Source of the DNA: Pseudidiomarina sp.
GTDB lineage: Bacteria > Pseudomonadota > Gammaproteobacteria > Enterobacterales > Alteromonadaceae
Assembly (NCBI GenBank): GCA_035705175.1
Contig: DASSWH010000079.1
Location: 1-38,878, forward strand
DNA: 38,878 nucleotides
Direction of reading: 5' to 3'
Of the stretch, positions 18,814-28,057 are shown in pieces. A model generated the notes under the pieces. That model ran no database searches, was not told the DNA's origin, and worked only from the letters and a program-made list of their open reading frames with translations. A program made the translations under genes and the position numbers. The stretch's first letter is position 1. Each line of letters starts with the position of its first letter.

Positions 18814-19534
18814 GGAACCGTCTCCCCAAGCGTCGTAGTTGCATCAGCAGTAAAGTGACGCCAGTCAGTACAAAGGTGGCACTCAACAACATCAGCAGCT
18901 GTGCCCACCAGGTCGAGATATCCGAGCGCTCATCATAGTCCATGATATGCAACATCCACATAAAATCGAAAAGACGCCAAAAATCATGTCGTGTGCTCAC
19001 CAACGCACCGGAGGTAGCATCTATATAGAGCGTCGTATTCAAAAAGTCCGCATAAGTCACTTGCCAAACTGGAAGTTCAGCAAAGCTTACTTCTTGAGGA
19101 AGATGCTCAGTCAGCAGCCGAACCCCAGCTATTTGTATATCCTCATGATCGGCCGTACGAAAATCATTTGCTAAGGCAGTAATGTCGTCGCGCTGAAGTG
19201 TCATTGATTCTAGTGTAATAGCATCGAGTAGAAGGGTTGAAAACGGGAGTTCAACGAGATAAACCCATTGGCTCGTGGGTAACCGTCGCAAGGTTATTGA
19301 CGAGGCCTCGGTATAGCGTTGAATTACCGCACCAGTTGGTGCGATGCTTTGTCGAGTTTGCTCAAGCGCGAGTCGTTGTTGACCGTTAGCATTGGTATGA
19401 GTGGCACCACGAATATAGTCGAGTTCCAGCCATACCATATAAGCACCACTGATACTCCATAGCATCAGTTGAATGCCGACTATCCATGCTAAACGGCGAT
19501 GCCAAATACGCCAGCGAGCCCGAAAGCGTCTCAT
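18806..19534 (-). CDS. PepSY-associated TM helix protein (paralog of 18100-18813)
   Basis: WHRRLAWIVGIQLMLWSISG, LYIDATSG, WRLFDFMWMLHIMDY. Confidence 0.85.
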   Translation of the reverse strand: MRRFRARWRIWHRRLAWIVGIQLMLWSISGAYMVWLELDYIRGATHTNANGQQRLALEQTRQSIAPTGAVIQRYTEASSITLRRLPTSQWVYLVELPFSTLLLDAITLESMTLQRDDITALANDFRTADHEDIQIAGVRLLTEHLPQEVSFAELPVWQVTYADFLNTTLYIDATSGALVSTRHDFWRLFDFMWMLHIMDYDERSDISTWWAQLLMLLSATFVLTGVTLLLMQLRRLGRRFHA

Positions 19535-20577
19535 TTGAAAATCAACTTCTTTTGTAATTTATAGCTGATAAGAAAAACTGCAAATTCAGATAGCGGTTTG
19601 CCAATAAATGGTGTTACACCAACTAACAATAGGCCTTTTGTGAATGCATAATTCAGTAAAACCAGAGCAATCGCTAATGAGGTATACTTCGCGGCATCCC
19701 AACGCAGCTGTCCGCCCCGTTGAAAAACCCATTGCCGATTCGCAGTAAAATTAAAAACACCGGATAGCACGCGAGCTCCGGCTATAGCTGCCAGTATTTC
19801 TCCGCTAAATGCGTAAATAAGTGCAAACACCCCATAATCGATGAATGCCGAGATAATACTTACACCCGAAAACTTTATAAATTTTCGGTAGATCATCATT
19901 GAGTCGATCAGCGGTCGAAAGTGACTAACTTCATTATTATTTTCATAGACAGTTTCAATTGAAATGGAGTCAATTGGAAATTGCATCCGCTTGGTAAACA
20001 TCAACATATCTAACTCAAATTCGTAATGGTCGCTGTCAGACTCTAATAGGGCCGGCAAAACCGCGAACGGAATTCCGCGCAATCCCGTTTGCGTATCTTC
20101 TACGTCGACACCAAGACCGAATCGGAACATGAATCGTGAAAAACGATTGCCAATCCGTGATCGCAGTGGAACATGATTACCGTCAAAACAGCGCCCCCCC
20201 AACCACAGGGTATCGGGTTTCTGGCACAGCTGCTGAGCAACCCGGGCAATATCATGGGGACGATGTTGTCCATCGGCATCAGCTGTTACTGCACCAACCG
20301 CGGTGATCGATTGTCCGAGAATCCACTTCATGGCTGTTTTTAATGCAGCACCTTTACCGCGATTTTCATCGTGCTCAAGCAAGGTGACTGCGTCAAACCC
20401 AGTCAGTTCTTGAAAGGCTTCGATTTGCTTCGAGCCGTCATTAACAACAACAAGATGCTGAAATGTATGACCATAGGTACGAAGAAGGTCTGTCACTAAC
20501 TCGACTAACCGCTGATCCGGATCGAGTGCTGGAATAATAATTACCGGCAACATGTGCCTTGTTGAATGGCTTTGCAT
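19531..20577 (-). CDS. Bifunctional GT2 polyprenyl-phosphate glycosyltransferase / GtrA flippase-like fusion
   Basis: IIIPAL, VVNDGS, NRGKGAALK, TADADGQH, DTQTGLRG; C-terminal four-TM GtrA domain (FIKFSGVS...FNFTANRQWVF). Start could be 20553. Confidence 0.88.
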   Translation of the reverse strand: MQSHSTRHMLPVIIIPALDPDQRLVELVTDLLRTYGHTFQHLVVVNDGSKQIEAFQELTGFDAVTLLEHDENRGKGAALKTAMKWILGQSITAVGAVTADADGQHRPHDIARVAQQLCQKPDTLWLGGRCFDGNHVPLRSRIGNRFSRFMFRFGLGVDVEDTQTGLRGIPFAVLPALLESDSDHYEFELDMLMFTKRMQFPIDSISIETVYENNNEVSHFRPLIDSMMIYRKFIKFSGVSIISAFIDYGVFALIYAFSGEILAAIAGARVLSGVFNFTANRQWVFQRGGQLRWDAAKYTSLAIALVLLNYAFTKGLLLVGVTPFIGKPLSEFAVFLISYKLQKKLIFK

Positions 20578-20583
20578 AAATAA

Positions 20584-21489
20584 TTAGGCCGTCAAAATGC
20601 CATAGATAATGAGTACAATAAATGCCGCGCTGAGCAAGACAATATAGCCGAGAGAGCACAAGACGAATTTGAGTAGCGTTTTCCACCACCCTTGTTGATA
20701 GAACAATTTCTGTGTAATCAGCATATAGGTTGCCATCCAAATAATAATGGATGTCTCTATCCAATCCGCGATTTCTACGAACTGTGCATTTCCAGTTAGC
20801 GTAGTCAACGAACTCATACTGGTTGAAACTAAAGTTAATCCAGTCATCGATAGCAATAGAAACGCGTGCGTATGCAAGGCGACCGCTAGATGCTCAAGAT
20901 AGTAATGACGATTAAATAGATAGATGATTTTTAGGAATAGGGCCCAGAAAGGCAGCATTAATAGCATCATTTGCGGGGCTAGAGAGACGAGTCTTTGAAC
21001 CAATATTTTGGGGTTATCGGCAAGATATTGGAGTTTATTATTTATTTCAGTCTCTTCCGCTTCAGAGAGCCAGCCCAATTCAATTTTTGGACTGAGTTTT
21101 TTCGCTGGTTCGCCTTCAATGGCAACGGGTTCTGGTCCAGTAAAGGTAGATGAATTTAAATTTTCAAAATCAATCAGTGAACTGAGAATCAGGAACGAAA
21201 TCAATGAAATGAAAAAATAGAGTCGTAATGGCGGTACGTATGAGGCGTGACGTCCTCGAACAAACTCAAGTGATAAAAAACCTGGACGGGCCATGAGCCC
21301 AACCAGAGTCCGATAAAATCTTGAATCCCAATGCCCCAATTCACCAAATAAATCGCCCATCACAGCAAACATACTGCGAACGTACTGTTTATCTTGTTGG
21401 CCACATTGGTGGCAATATTCACCGATGAGTTCACTGTCACAATTTTTACAGAAGTGCAACGGTGCGGGCAGTTGTGCGCTGGGGTCCAT
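20584..21489 (-). CDS. DUF3667-domain membrane protein with N-terminal zinc ribbon
   Basis: CKNC...YCHQCGQ, RPGFLSLEF, YVPPLRLYFFIS, YLEHLAVALH. Confidence 0.85.
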   Translation of the reverse strand: MDPSAQLPAPLHFCKNCDSELIGEYCHQCGQQDKQYVRSMFAVMGDLFGELGHWDSRFYRTLVGLMARPGFLSLEFVRGRHASYVPPLRLYFFISLISFLILSSLIDFENLNSSTFTGPEPVAIEGEPAKKLSPKIELGWLSEAEETEINNKLQYLADNPKILVQRLVSLAPQMMLLMLPFWALFLKIIYLFNRHYYLEHLAVALHTHAFLLLSMTGLTLVSTSMSSLTTLTGNAQFVEIADWIETSIIIWMATYMLITQKLFYQQGWWKTLLKFVLCSLGYIVLLSAAFIVLIIYGILTA

Positions 21490-21556
21490 TAGCGTTTCTT
21501 ATTCTTATTCTACTGCCAGCAGTGTAGCTGATTCTAAGGAAAAAAGCCTGCACAAA

Positions 21557-21581
21557 AAAAAGAGCCCAATGGGCTCTTTTT
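21557..21581 (-). terminator. Rho-independent terminator (potentially bidirectional)
   Basis: AAAAAGAGCCC-AAT-GGGCTCTTTTT; U-run on the minus strand, downstream of 21608-21913. Confidence 0.85.
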
Positions 21582-21607
21582 CAACGACTTGATCGATACA
21601 AGATGAC

Positions 21608-21913
21608 TTAGTTGTTGCCGTTATCGCCGTCTTTCTTAGCATCTTTATCTTTCTTTTTCGTTGTATCTTTTTCAGCTTGCAGCTTGTCGCGTTGAGCTTC
21701 ACGCTCTTTGCGAAGCGCTTCTTTTTCAGCTTTCATTTGCTCACGCAATGCATCGCGTTCAGATTTCGCCTGCTCAGCTTTTTCTTTAACTTGCTCAGCA
21801 GTTTCTTGACCTTTGTCATTCTGTTTAGGGTCTTCTTTGCTTTGCGGAGCAGCACTAGCAAATGTAGACCAAACTAATGTAGATGCTGCGAGTATAAGAA
21901 TGATTTTTTTCAT
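21608..21913 (-). CDS. Small secreted, highly charged (K/E/D) coiled-coil protein
   Basis: AAGGAG RBS, Sec signal MKKIILILAASTLVWSTFASA, hydrophilic mature chain, own terminator. Confidence 0.8.
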   Translation of the reverse strand: MKKIILILAASTLVWSTFASAAPQSKEDPKQNDKGQETAEQVKEKAEQAKSERDALREQMKAEKEALRKEREAQRDKLQAEKDTTKKKDKDAKKDGDNGNN

Positions 21914-22099
21914 GAGAGTGACTCCTTGTTTTCTGTTTAGGAAACAGTGCAGAATTTCTGCTTTGTCCGTACTGCCTCGCCTTCATTAAGTGCCACTTTC
22001 CTGTCTGCGTCCAGCCATCGGGCATTACTTTTGCCGATTCTTAACATCGGCTGCATAGTTTAGCACTTTCTTTACTCTGCAGCGCCTATTCAGCCTATG

Positions 22100-22588
22100 C
22101 TATTGTGCGATGCCACTGGTATGTGACCTTTCTAATGCTATCAGCCACTCTTTCTTATCAAGTCCGCCACCATAACCGGTCAATGATCCATTTGTGCCGA
22201 CTACCCGATGACAAGGAATCACGATGCTGATCGGATTACGGTTGTTTGCCATCCCCACAGCGCGGACGCCTTTCGGATTATCAATTGCATGAGCAACGTC
22301 TTTGTAGCTTGCCAGCTGTCCGTAAGGTATCTCCTGCAGCTGTTGCCAGACAGATTGTTGAAATGCGGTTCCTCGTGCATGTAAAGGTAAGTTAAAGTGT
22401 TTTCGTTGCCCAGCAAAGTATTCTTTCAGTTGCTGCAGCGCTTGTTGAACCACAGTACATGACGATGCGGAAGCGGTTGGCGTATCGGTGAAATACACTT
22501 CGGTGACGGCATCGCCATTACTGCCCACATAAACTAATCCTAAGGGGGTCATCACGGTGCCGAAGTAAGGTGATGTCATCTTTTTCAT
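22100..22588 (-). CDS. ogt: Methylated-DNA--protein-cysteine methyltransferase
   Basis: GTAFQQSVW, IPYG, RAVG, NPISIVIPCHRV, GYGGG. Confidence 0.95.
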   Translation of the reverse strand: MKKMTSPYFGTVMTPLGLVYVGSNGDAVTEVYFTDTPTASASSCTVVQQALQQLKEYFAGQRKHFNLPLHARGTAFQQSVWQQLQEIPYGQLASYKDVAHAIDNPKGVRAVGMANNRNPISIVIPCHRVVGTNGSLTGYGGGLDKKEWLIALERSHTSGIAQ

Positions 22589-22683
22589 GGCAGCTCTTTA
22601 TCCTCTGTGAATCAAGCTTGATGGTTGTAGCATAATCGAAATAAGCTGTGCTAGTGTCGGTTTACTCAAGATAAGGATAGCTC

Positions 22684-23922
22684 ATGAACCGCTCTCATTC
22701 TTCTCCATTTAGACCACAGCTAGGCCCGGCGGCATTGGTTGCGGCAGCCTTTATTGGACCCGGTACGGTAGTTACCGCCTCGTTAGCCGGAGCCAATTAT
22801 GGCTATGCTCTCCTTTGGGCTCTCGTTTTTTCAGTCATTGCGACCATTATTTTACAAGAAATGGCTGCTCGCCTTGGGGTAGTCACGCAACAAGGTCTCG
22901 GCGAGAATATCCGTTCAGCAATTCAGCAACCGTTAGTGCGATGGTTCACTGTAGCTTTGGTACTCGGCGCGGTTGTTATTGGGAATAGTGTTTATCAGGG
23001 TGGCAATCTCACCGGCGCCAGTTTGGGGGTTGCCGGATTGAGTGAAAGTGGTTGGTTTCCTAAAATTCCTGCTCAACTGGTACCCGTAGTGCTCGGCATG
23101 ATAGCTGCCTGTTTGCTATGGCTGGGTAGTTATAAAGTGCTGGAACGTGTGCTTATTGCATTGGTTGTTACTATGAGTATCGCATTTGTAGTGACTTTTG
23201 CGCTGACTGATCCAGACTGGGGAGCATTGCTCAGTGGTTTGTTTATTCCGCGCATTCCGACAGGCGCATTATTAACAGTCATCGCATTGATTGGCACTAC
23301 AGTTGTACCCTATAACCTATTTTTGCATGCCTCTACGGCGGCGCAAAAATGGCAATCGCCTGAGCAACTTGGCGATGTCAAACGCGATTTATATTTTTCT
23401 ATTCCGCTCGGCGGCTTTATTTCTATTGCTATTGTTGCGACAGCGGCTTCTGCATTTTTTGGTAACGCGGCAACGATTGAGGGAGCGGCCGACCTTGCTG
23501 TTGGGTTAAAACCCCTTTTTGGCGATGCTGCAACGGCCTTTATGGCTATTGGATTATTTGCTGCTGGGCTTTCATCAGCGCTCACAGCACCTCTAGCGTC
23601 CGCGTATGCGCTCAGTGGTGTGCTCGGATACGAGAGAAATCTCCAAGGCTGGCCGTTTCGACTCACATGGTTTGCTATTTTAGTGATTGGTGTCGGTATT
23701 GCGTCTTTAGGCATACGGCCAGTCAGTGTTATCTGGTTCGCTCAAGTTGCAAATGGTTTGCTACTGCCCTTAATGGCCGGATTTTTACTTTGGGTCTGTA
23801 ACCGCAGCAGACTTGGAGAGTGGCGTAATAATTGGCGTCAAAACACATTAGGAGGCATCGTTCTCGTGGTGGCTTGCGGATTAGGAGGGCGTAGTCTCGC
23901 CAGTGCCTTCGGCTGGCTTTAG
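22684..23922 (+). CDS. Nramp-family (YcsG-like) transporter
   Basis: GPAALVAAAFIGPGTV, QEMAARLG, IGTTVVPYNLFLH; about 11 TM helices. Confidence 0.85.
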   Translation: MNRSHSSPFRPQLGPAALVAAAFIGPGTVVTASLAGANYGYALLWALVFSVIATIILQEMAARLGVVTQQGLGENIRSAIQQPLVRWFTVALVLGAVVIGNSVYQGGNLTGASLGVAGLSESGWFPKIPAQLVPVVLGMIAACLLWLGSYKVLERVLIALVVTMSIAFVVTFALTDPDWGALLSGLFIPRIPTGALLTVIALIGTTVVPYNLFLHASTAAQKWQSPEQLGDVKRDLYFSIPLGGFISIAIVATAASAFFGNAATIEGAADLAVGLKPLFGDAATAFMAIGLFAAGLSSALTAPLASAYALSGVLGYERNLQGWPFRLTWFAILVIGVGIASLGIRPVSVIWFAQVANGLLLPLMAGFLLWVCNRSRLGEWRNNWRQNTLGGIVLVVACGLGGRSLASAFGWL

Positions 23923-23923
23923 G

Positions 23924-24907
23924 TCAGTCGCCAAACAACATTTCGACTTCAATGCCGACCATCCATCGTGGTCGGCGTGACTCTTCTACAAATTCTCGAG
24001 GCCAATGTAAGCCAATCCAGCTTTCTACATACAGCCAGTCACGCATAAAGCGGCTGCGATGGAGGGCTCGTAGGCCATAATCTTGCATCGGCACGGCATT
24101 GCGAGTTTCACCATACCACCAGATCTCGCCACCCACTGCTCGCTCCGGGTGATACATATAGTAGAGCTTTTCTGATGCATGCCAACGAATTCCCTCGGTG
24201 CGCTCGGCAAACGTACCGCGAATCCAAAATTTATTGAACCATCGCTCACCGATGGCCTGATCGTGTTCGATGGTCTGGGCTATACCGAAACCATCACTAT
24301 CGCGCCAAAATCCAACGGATTGAAGGTGTATTTCACTGGCGTCGCTGAGAATCGTTTCAAAGCGATAGCGCGCTCTCACGTAGGGGTCAAGGTCAATTCC
24401 GCCACGAAAGCCGGCGCCAATCGACAGACTATGATGGTCTTCGACATAGGGGTCAAAACCCAGACCAACCATCCATTCTTCGTCACTTTGGTCGCGTCGA
24501 ATAACGGAAGGGCGAGTCGTTTGGGTATTGTTGATGATGTCATCAAAATCACCACGACCGATAAAAGCGGAAAATTGTCGTTTCGCATGCGGGAATACAA
24601 CGCTAGCTCGAAAACTAGAGTCTATTTTGAAGCCGTCATACTCGTCCCATTCGGGGCGCAGCGATAAACTTCCATAGGCAGTGTCGTAGTCCTTCGGATC
24701 GACCTGGTCAGCAAAGAAAGAATCAAGCCAAGCGGCGGTTGCACTGACAGAGTCTTGAAGACCATCACGAAATGCATCGATCATTTCTGGCGACTCCGTG
24801 GTGACGTCTTCCTTTTTTTGTTCTTTAGCTTGCGCATAGACAGCCGACGACAGTGCCGTGAACAACAGCGCACTGACCAAACAACCTGAGAACTGCAGTC
24901 GACTCAT
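23924..24907 (-). CDS. Secreted, probable outer-membrane beta-barrel protein of unknown function (start probably ATG 24907)
   Basis: GGAG RBS before MSRLQF; signal peptide; WLDSFF; alternating beta-strand pattern ending IEVEMLFGD. Confidence 0.7.
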   Translation of the reverse strand: MSRLQFSGCLVSALLFTALSSAVYAQAKEQKKEDVTTESPEMIDAFRDGLQDSVSATAAWLDSFFADQVDPKDYDTAYGSLSLRPEWDEYDGFKIDSSFRASVVFPHAKRQFSAFIGRGDFDDIINNTQTTRPSVIRRDQSDEEWMVGLGFDPYVEDHHSLSIGAGFRGGIDLDPYVRARYRFETILSDASEIHLQSVGFWRDSDGFGIAQTIEHDQAIGERWFNKFWIRGTFAERTEGIRWHASEKLYYMYHPERAVGGEIWWYGETRNAVPMQDYGLRALHRSRFMRDWLYVESWIGLHWPREFVEESRRPRWMVGIEVEMLFGD

Positions 24908-24975
24908 GCCAATCTCCAACTTTCCATGTCTATTCAACATACAAGGAAAGTTGAAGGCTGACTAGGATGAATTGG

Positions 24976-26655
24976 CTAAATACTGACCCGCTTGTAGTTT
25001 CGATAAGCGGGTTGCCAGAAGTGACCGTCGATGCGTTGACGTAGCGTTTCATCACTAATTTCTAGAGCTAAGCCTTGTTCTTGTGCCACTTTGGCTACCG
25101 CGAAAGCGATTTGTTGACTTAACGCCGCAATAGAAGTTATTGGTGGTAGTAAGTGTTCACTTTCTCCAGTAACTCTGGGCGATGCTTCAGCGAGCGTTGA
25201 GCTGGCGGCAATCAGCATGGCATCGCTTATTGATCGCGCTTTTACGGCGAGCACACCCAGCCCAATACCCGGGAAAATGTAGCTGTTATTGCATTGTGCG
25301 ATCGGAAACTCCTGCCCCTGATATTTCACCGGATCAAACGGACTGCCGGTTGCAATAATTGCTTGCCCCTCGGTCCATTCGATAATGTGTGCAGGATGCG
25401 CCTCAATTTGTCGTGACGGATTTGAGAGCGGGAAAATAATTGGCGCGGACGTATATTGATGCATGGCACGAATAACTTGTTCGGTGAATAATCCGGGTTG
25501 TCCTGATACACCGATAAGAATAGTAGGCTGGGCACAGTGCATGACGTCTAACAATGAAGGATAGTCGCCACTATGCTGCCAAGCTTCGAGAGCTTTTCGT
25601 GGTTGTGCCAGAGCCGCTTGAAAATCTCTCAGCCCCGTCATATCCTCAGTCAGTAATCCAAAGCGGTCGACCATAAAAACTTGCTGACGAGCCTCCGAAT
25701 CAGAAATGCCTTCGGCAATCATTTGTTGAATGATCTGCTCAGCAATCCCGCAACCTGCCGATCCCGCTCCTACAAAGGCGACTTTTTGGTCGCTCAGCTT
25801 CACGCCCTTGACTTTGCACGCCGCCAGCAGGGTGCCCACAGTGACTGCTGCAGTTCCTTGTATATCGTCGTTAAAGCAGCAAAACTCTTCGCGATATTTC
25901 CGCAAAATTGGCATCGCATTGGGTTGCGCGAAATCCTCAAATTGAATCATCGCCTCAGGCCAGCGACGGCGTATCGCATGCATAAATTTCTCAATGAACT
26001 CATCATACTCCGCCTGACCAATCCGTTTGTGTCGAGCGCCCATATACATCGGGTCATTGAGGAGTTTTTCGTTATTCGTTCCGACATCCAAACATACTGG
26101 CAGGGTATAAGCAGGACTGATACCGCCACAAGCCGTGTACAGGCTCAATTTCCCGATTGGGATACCCATACCGCCAATACCTTGGTCACCCAAACCTAAA
26201 ATGCGTTCACCATCGGTAACGACAATCACTTTGACTTTGCGTTTGGTCGCATTTCGCAGAATATCATCCAGCTGATCGCGTTCTTCGTAGGAGACAAACA
26301 GGCCACGCGAGCTACGGTAGATATCAGAAAATTGTTCGCAGGCATCGCCGACCGTGGGGGTGTAGATAATTGGCATCATTTCTTCAAGATGATTCTGGAG
26401 CAACCGATAGAACAGGGTTTCGTTGTTGTCTTGGATGGCGCGCAAATAAATGTGCTTGTTGAGAGCAGTATCAAAGCTAGAGTACTGCAGGTAACAGCGT
26501 TTCACTTGCTCCTCAATGGTTTCATAGCGCGGCGGCAATAAACCCGTTAGATTAAAGGCAGCACGTTCTTCGCGAGTAAATGCGCTACCTTTGTTCAGTA
26601 ACGGTGTTTCTAACAGATTGGGGCCTGCATAAGGAATATACAGCGGATTCTTCAT
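24976..26655 (-). CDS. maeA: NAD-dependent malic enzyme
   Basis: [67 protein letters not shown]. Confidence 0.97.
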   Translation of the reverse strand: MKNPLYIPYAGPNLLETPLLNKGSAFTREERAAFNLTGLLPPRYETIEEQVKRCYLQYSSFDTALNKHIYLRAIQDNNETLFYRLLQNHLEEMMPIIYTPTVGDACEQFSDIYRSSRGLFVSYEERDQLDDILRNATKRKVKVIVVTDGERILGLGDQGIGGMGIPIGKLSLYTACGGISPAYTLPVCLDVGTNNEKLLNDPMYMGARHKRIGQAEYDEFIEKFMHAIRRRWPEAMIQFEDFAQPNAMPILRKYREEFCCFNDDIQGTAAVTVGTLLAACKVKGVKLSDQKVAFVGAGSAGCGIAEQIIQQMIAEGISDSEARQQVFMVDRFGLLTEDMTGLRDFQAALAQPRKALEAWQHSGDYPSLLDVMHCAQPTILIGVSGQPGLFTEQVIRAMHQYTSAPIIFPLSNPSRQIEAHPAHIIEWTEGQAIIATGSPFDPVKYQGQEFPIAQCNNSYIFPGIGLGVLAVKARSISDAMLIAASSTLAEASPRVTGESEHLLPPITSIAALSQQIAFAVAKVAQEQGLALEISDETLRQRIDGHFWQPAYRNYKRVSI

Positions 26656-26719
26656 GAATCATTCTCCTCGCGCTATAGTCAAAAGGGCGTTCATTATGCC
26701 AAAAAATAAGGACTAAAAC

Positions 26720-27172
26720 ATGAGTAATCAGGCCAGTGTCGTTAATCTCAGGTTAGTTGAAGGCTATAAATTTGAAGTTGATTTTGGTGACTATGGAACC
26801 ATCACAACCGATGAACCTGAGCCACTGGGGAGTGGTTCGGGACCAAGTCCGAGTCAACTACTTGCGGCAGCGGTCGCAAATTGTATGGCGGCGAGCTTGA
26901 TGTTTGCGATACGCAAATATAAAGGCGATCCGGGTCAAATGCGTGCGCAAGTGACAGCCACTACCGATCGTGTTGATGGACGTTTGCGGGTAACACACTT
27001 AGATGTCGACTTACGCCTAGGTAATCCCGCTATCGAATTACCCCAATTAGATAAGATCTTGGCACAATTTGAGGACTTTTGTGTGGTGACTCAAAGTGTC
27101 AGGCAGGGCATTGAAGTGACTGCAAAAGTGCATGACAGCACAGGCATGGGCGTTCGTTCAAGCACCAAATAA
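26720..27172 (+). CDS. OsmC-family protein
   Basis: DEPEPLGSGSGPSP...ANCMAASL and FEDFCVVTQSV (two conserved Cys). Confidence 0.88.
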   Translation: MSNQASVVNLRLVEGYKFEVDFGDYGTITTDEPEPLGSGSGPSPSQLLAAAVANCMAASLMFAIRKYKGDPGQMRAQVTATTDRVDGRLRVTHLDVDLRLGNPAIELPQLDKILAQFEDFCVVTQSVRQGIEVTAKVHDSTGMGVRSSTK

Positions 27173-27856
27173 CTGTTGCCCGGAGTTCATCAGAATCCAA
27201 CTGGTGAGGATGTATTTGTCATCAGATTCTGGCACGGTGCCGCGGTGGGTGTGGGTGAAGTAGCCAGGGGCAATGACCATACGTCCTGTTTTCGGTTGAA
27301 TACTGCGGTTCTGATAATAAAAATCGGTTGTGCCACCGTGTTCCACATCATTCAAATAAAACATAAAGAGTAAGCTTCGATGCAGCGCTTCGACGCTGTT
27401 TTTTTCCGGATAGACTTCACAGTGCCAATAATTGTAGTTGCCTTTGCCGCGCGGATACTTCTGTGCTTGAATCGGCCCCATACGATACAGTAACTGCATG
27501 TATGCTTCTTCGTTCCCAGCCGCAATGTCATCAAAATTTTCATGGGTTAACGCAGTCGGTTCACCGGTCTCCGGGTGTTTAATTTGCAGTGCGACTGGGG
27601 CAATGAGAGCAAACCGGTATTTGGTAACATATTCAACGGCAAGTTTTCGCGTCGCCGTTTGAATGACCGCTAGGGCATCTTGGTAATCGGGATGCTGATT
27701 GAGATACAAGTCTTCACTGACTTTTTTACTCGTATCTACACCACCGCCGGTGCGGCCCGCTATACGGTGTGGACTCGCATCAAAACGCTGAATGAATTCG
27801 CGACAAAACTCAGCCGACAGCGCGTCATCATAAACTTCAATAAAATCGACAGCCAC
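27158..27856 (-). CDS. 2OG-Fe(II) oxygenase (prolyl-hydroxylase-like)
   Basis: YWHCE, MFYLNDVEHGGTTDF, PKTGRMVIAPG, THTHRG, KYILTSW. Confidence 0.9.
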   Translation of the reverse strand: MAVDFIEVYDDALSAEFCREFIQRFDASPHRIAGRTGGGVDTSKKVSEDLYLNQHPDYQDALAVIQTATRKLAVEYVTKYRFALIAPVALQIKHPETGEPTALTHENFDDIAAGNEEAYMQLLYRMGPIQAQKYPRGKGNYNYWHCEVYPEKNSVEALHRSLLFMFYLNDVEHGGTTDFYYQNRSIQPKTGRMVIAPGYFTHTHRGTVPESDDKYILTSWILMNSGQQLFGA

Positions 27857-27907
27857 AACATATCCTGAAACGAAACTAGATAGCCATACATTAGCTGATA
27901 TGTATGC

Positions 27908-27943
27908 AAAAAAGAAGACGCGGATTCGTGAGAAGCCGCGCCC
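27908..27943 (-). terminator. Rho-independent terminator
   Basis: Minus strand GGGCGCGG-CTTCTCACGAAT-CCGCGTCT followed by TCTTTTTT. Confidence 0.75.
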
Positions 27944-28037
27944 TTAAAATTGAATGTCTGTCTGTCATTTCAAATCAAATAAATAGCCATCCGTGGCGAA
28001 GCCATCCGTGGTTCGCACATCCGTGAAACAAACTGCA
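27908..28037 (-). ncRNA. Candidate CsrB/RsmY-like CsrA-binding small RNA
   Basis: Three CACGGATG units at 15-nt period, each folding a hairpin with GGA in the loop; possible promoter AAGACA-N17-CATACT (28071-28043); downstream terminator. The 5' end is estimated. Confidence 0.5.
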
Positions 28038-28057
28038 TGCTGAGTATGAGCCGCTTT

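Noticed and set aside
24179-26199. Long antisense ORFs (162 aa at 24179-24667 and 172 aa at 25681-26199)
   Set aside because: They are shadows of well-supported minus-strand genes, with no motifs or RBS. The same applies to the other short overlapping ORFs in the track.
27985-28025. Short direct repeats as a mini-CRISPR
   Set aside because: Units are 8-12 nt with spacers of 7 nt or less, and there are no cas genes.
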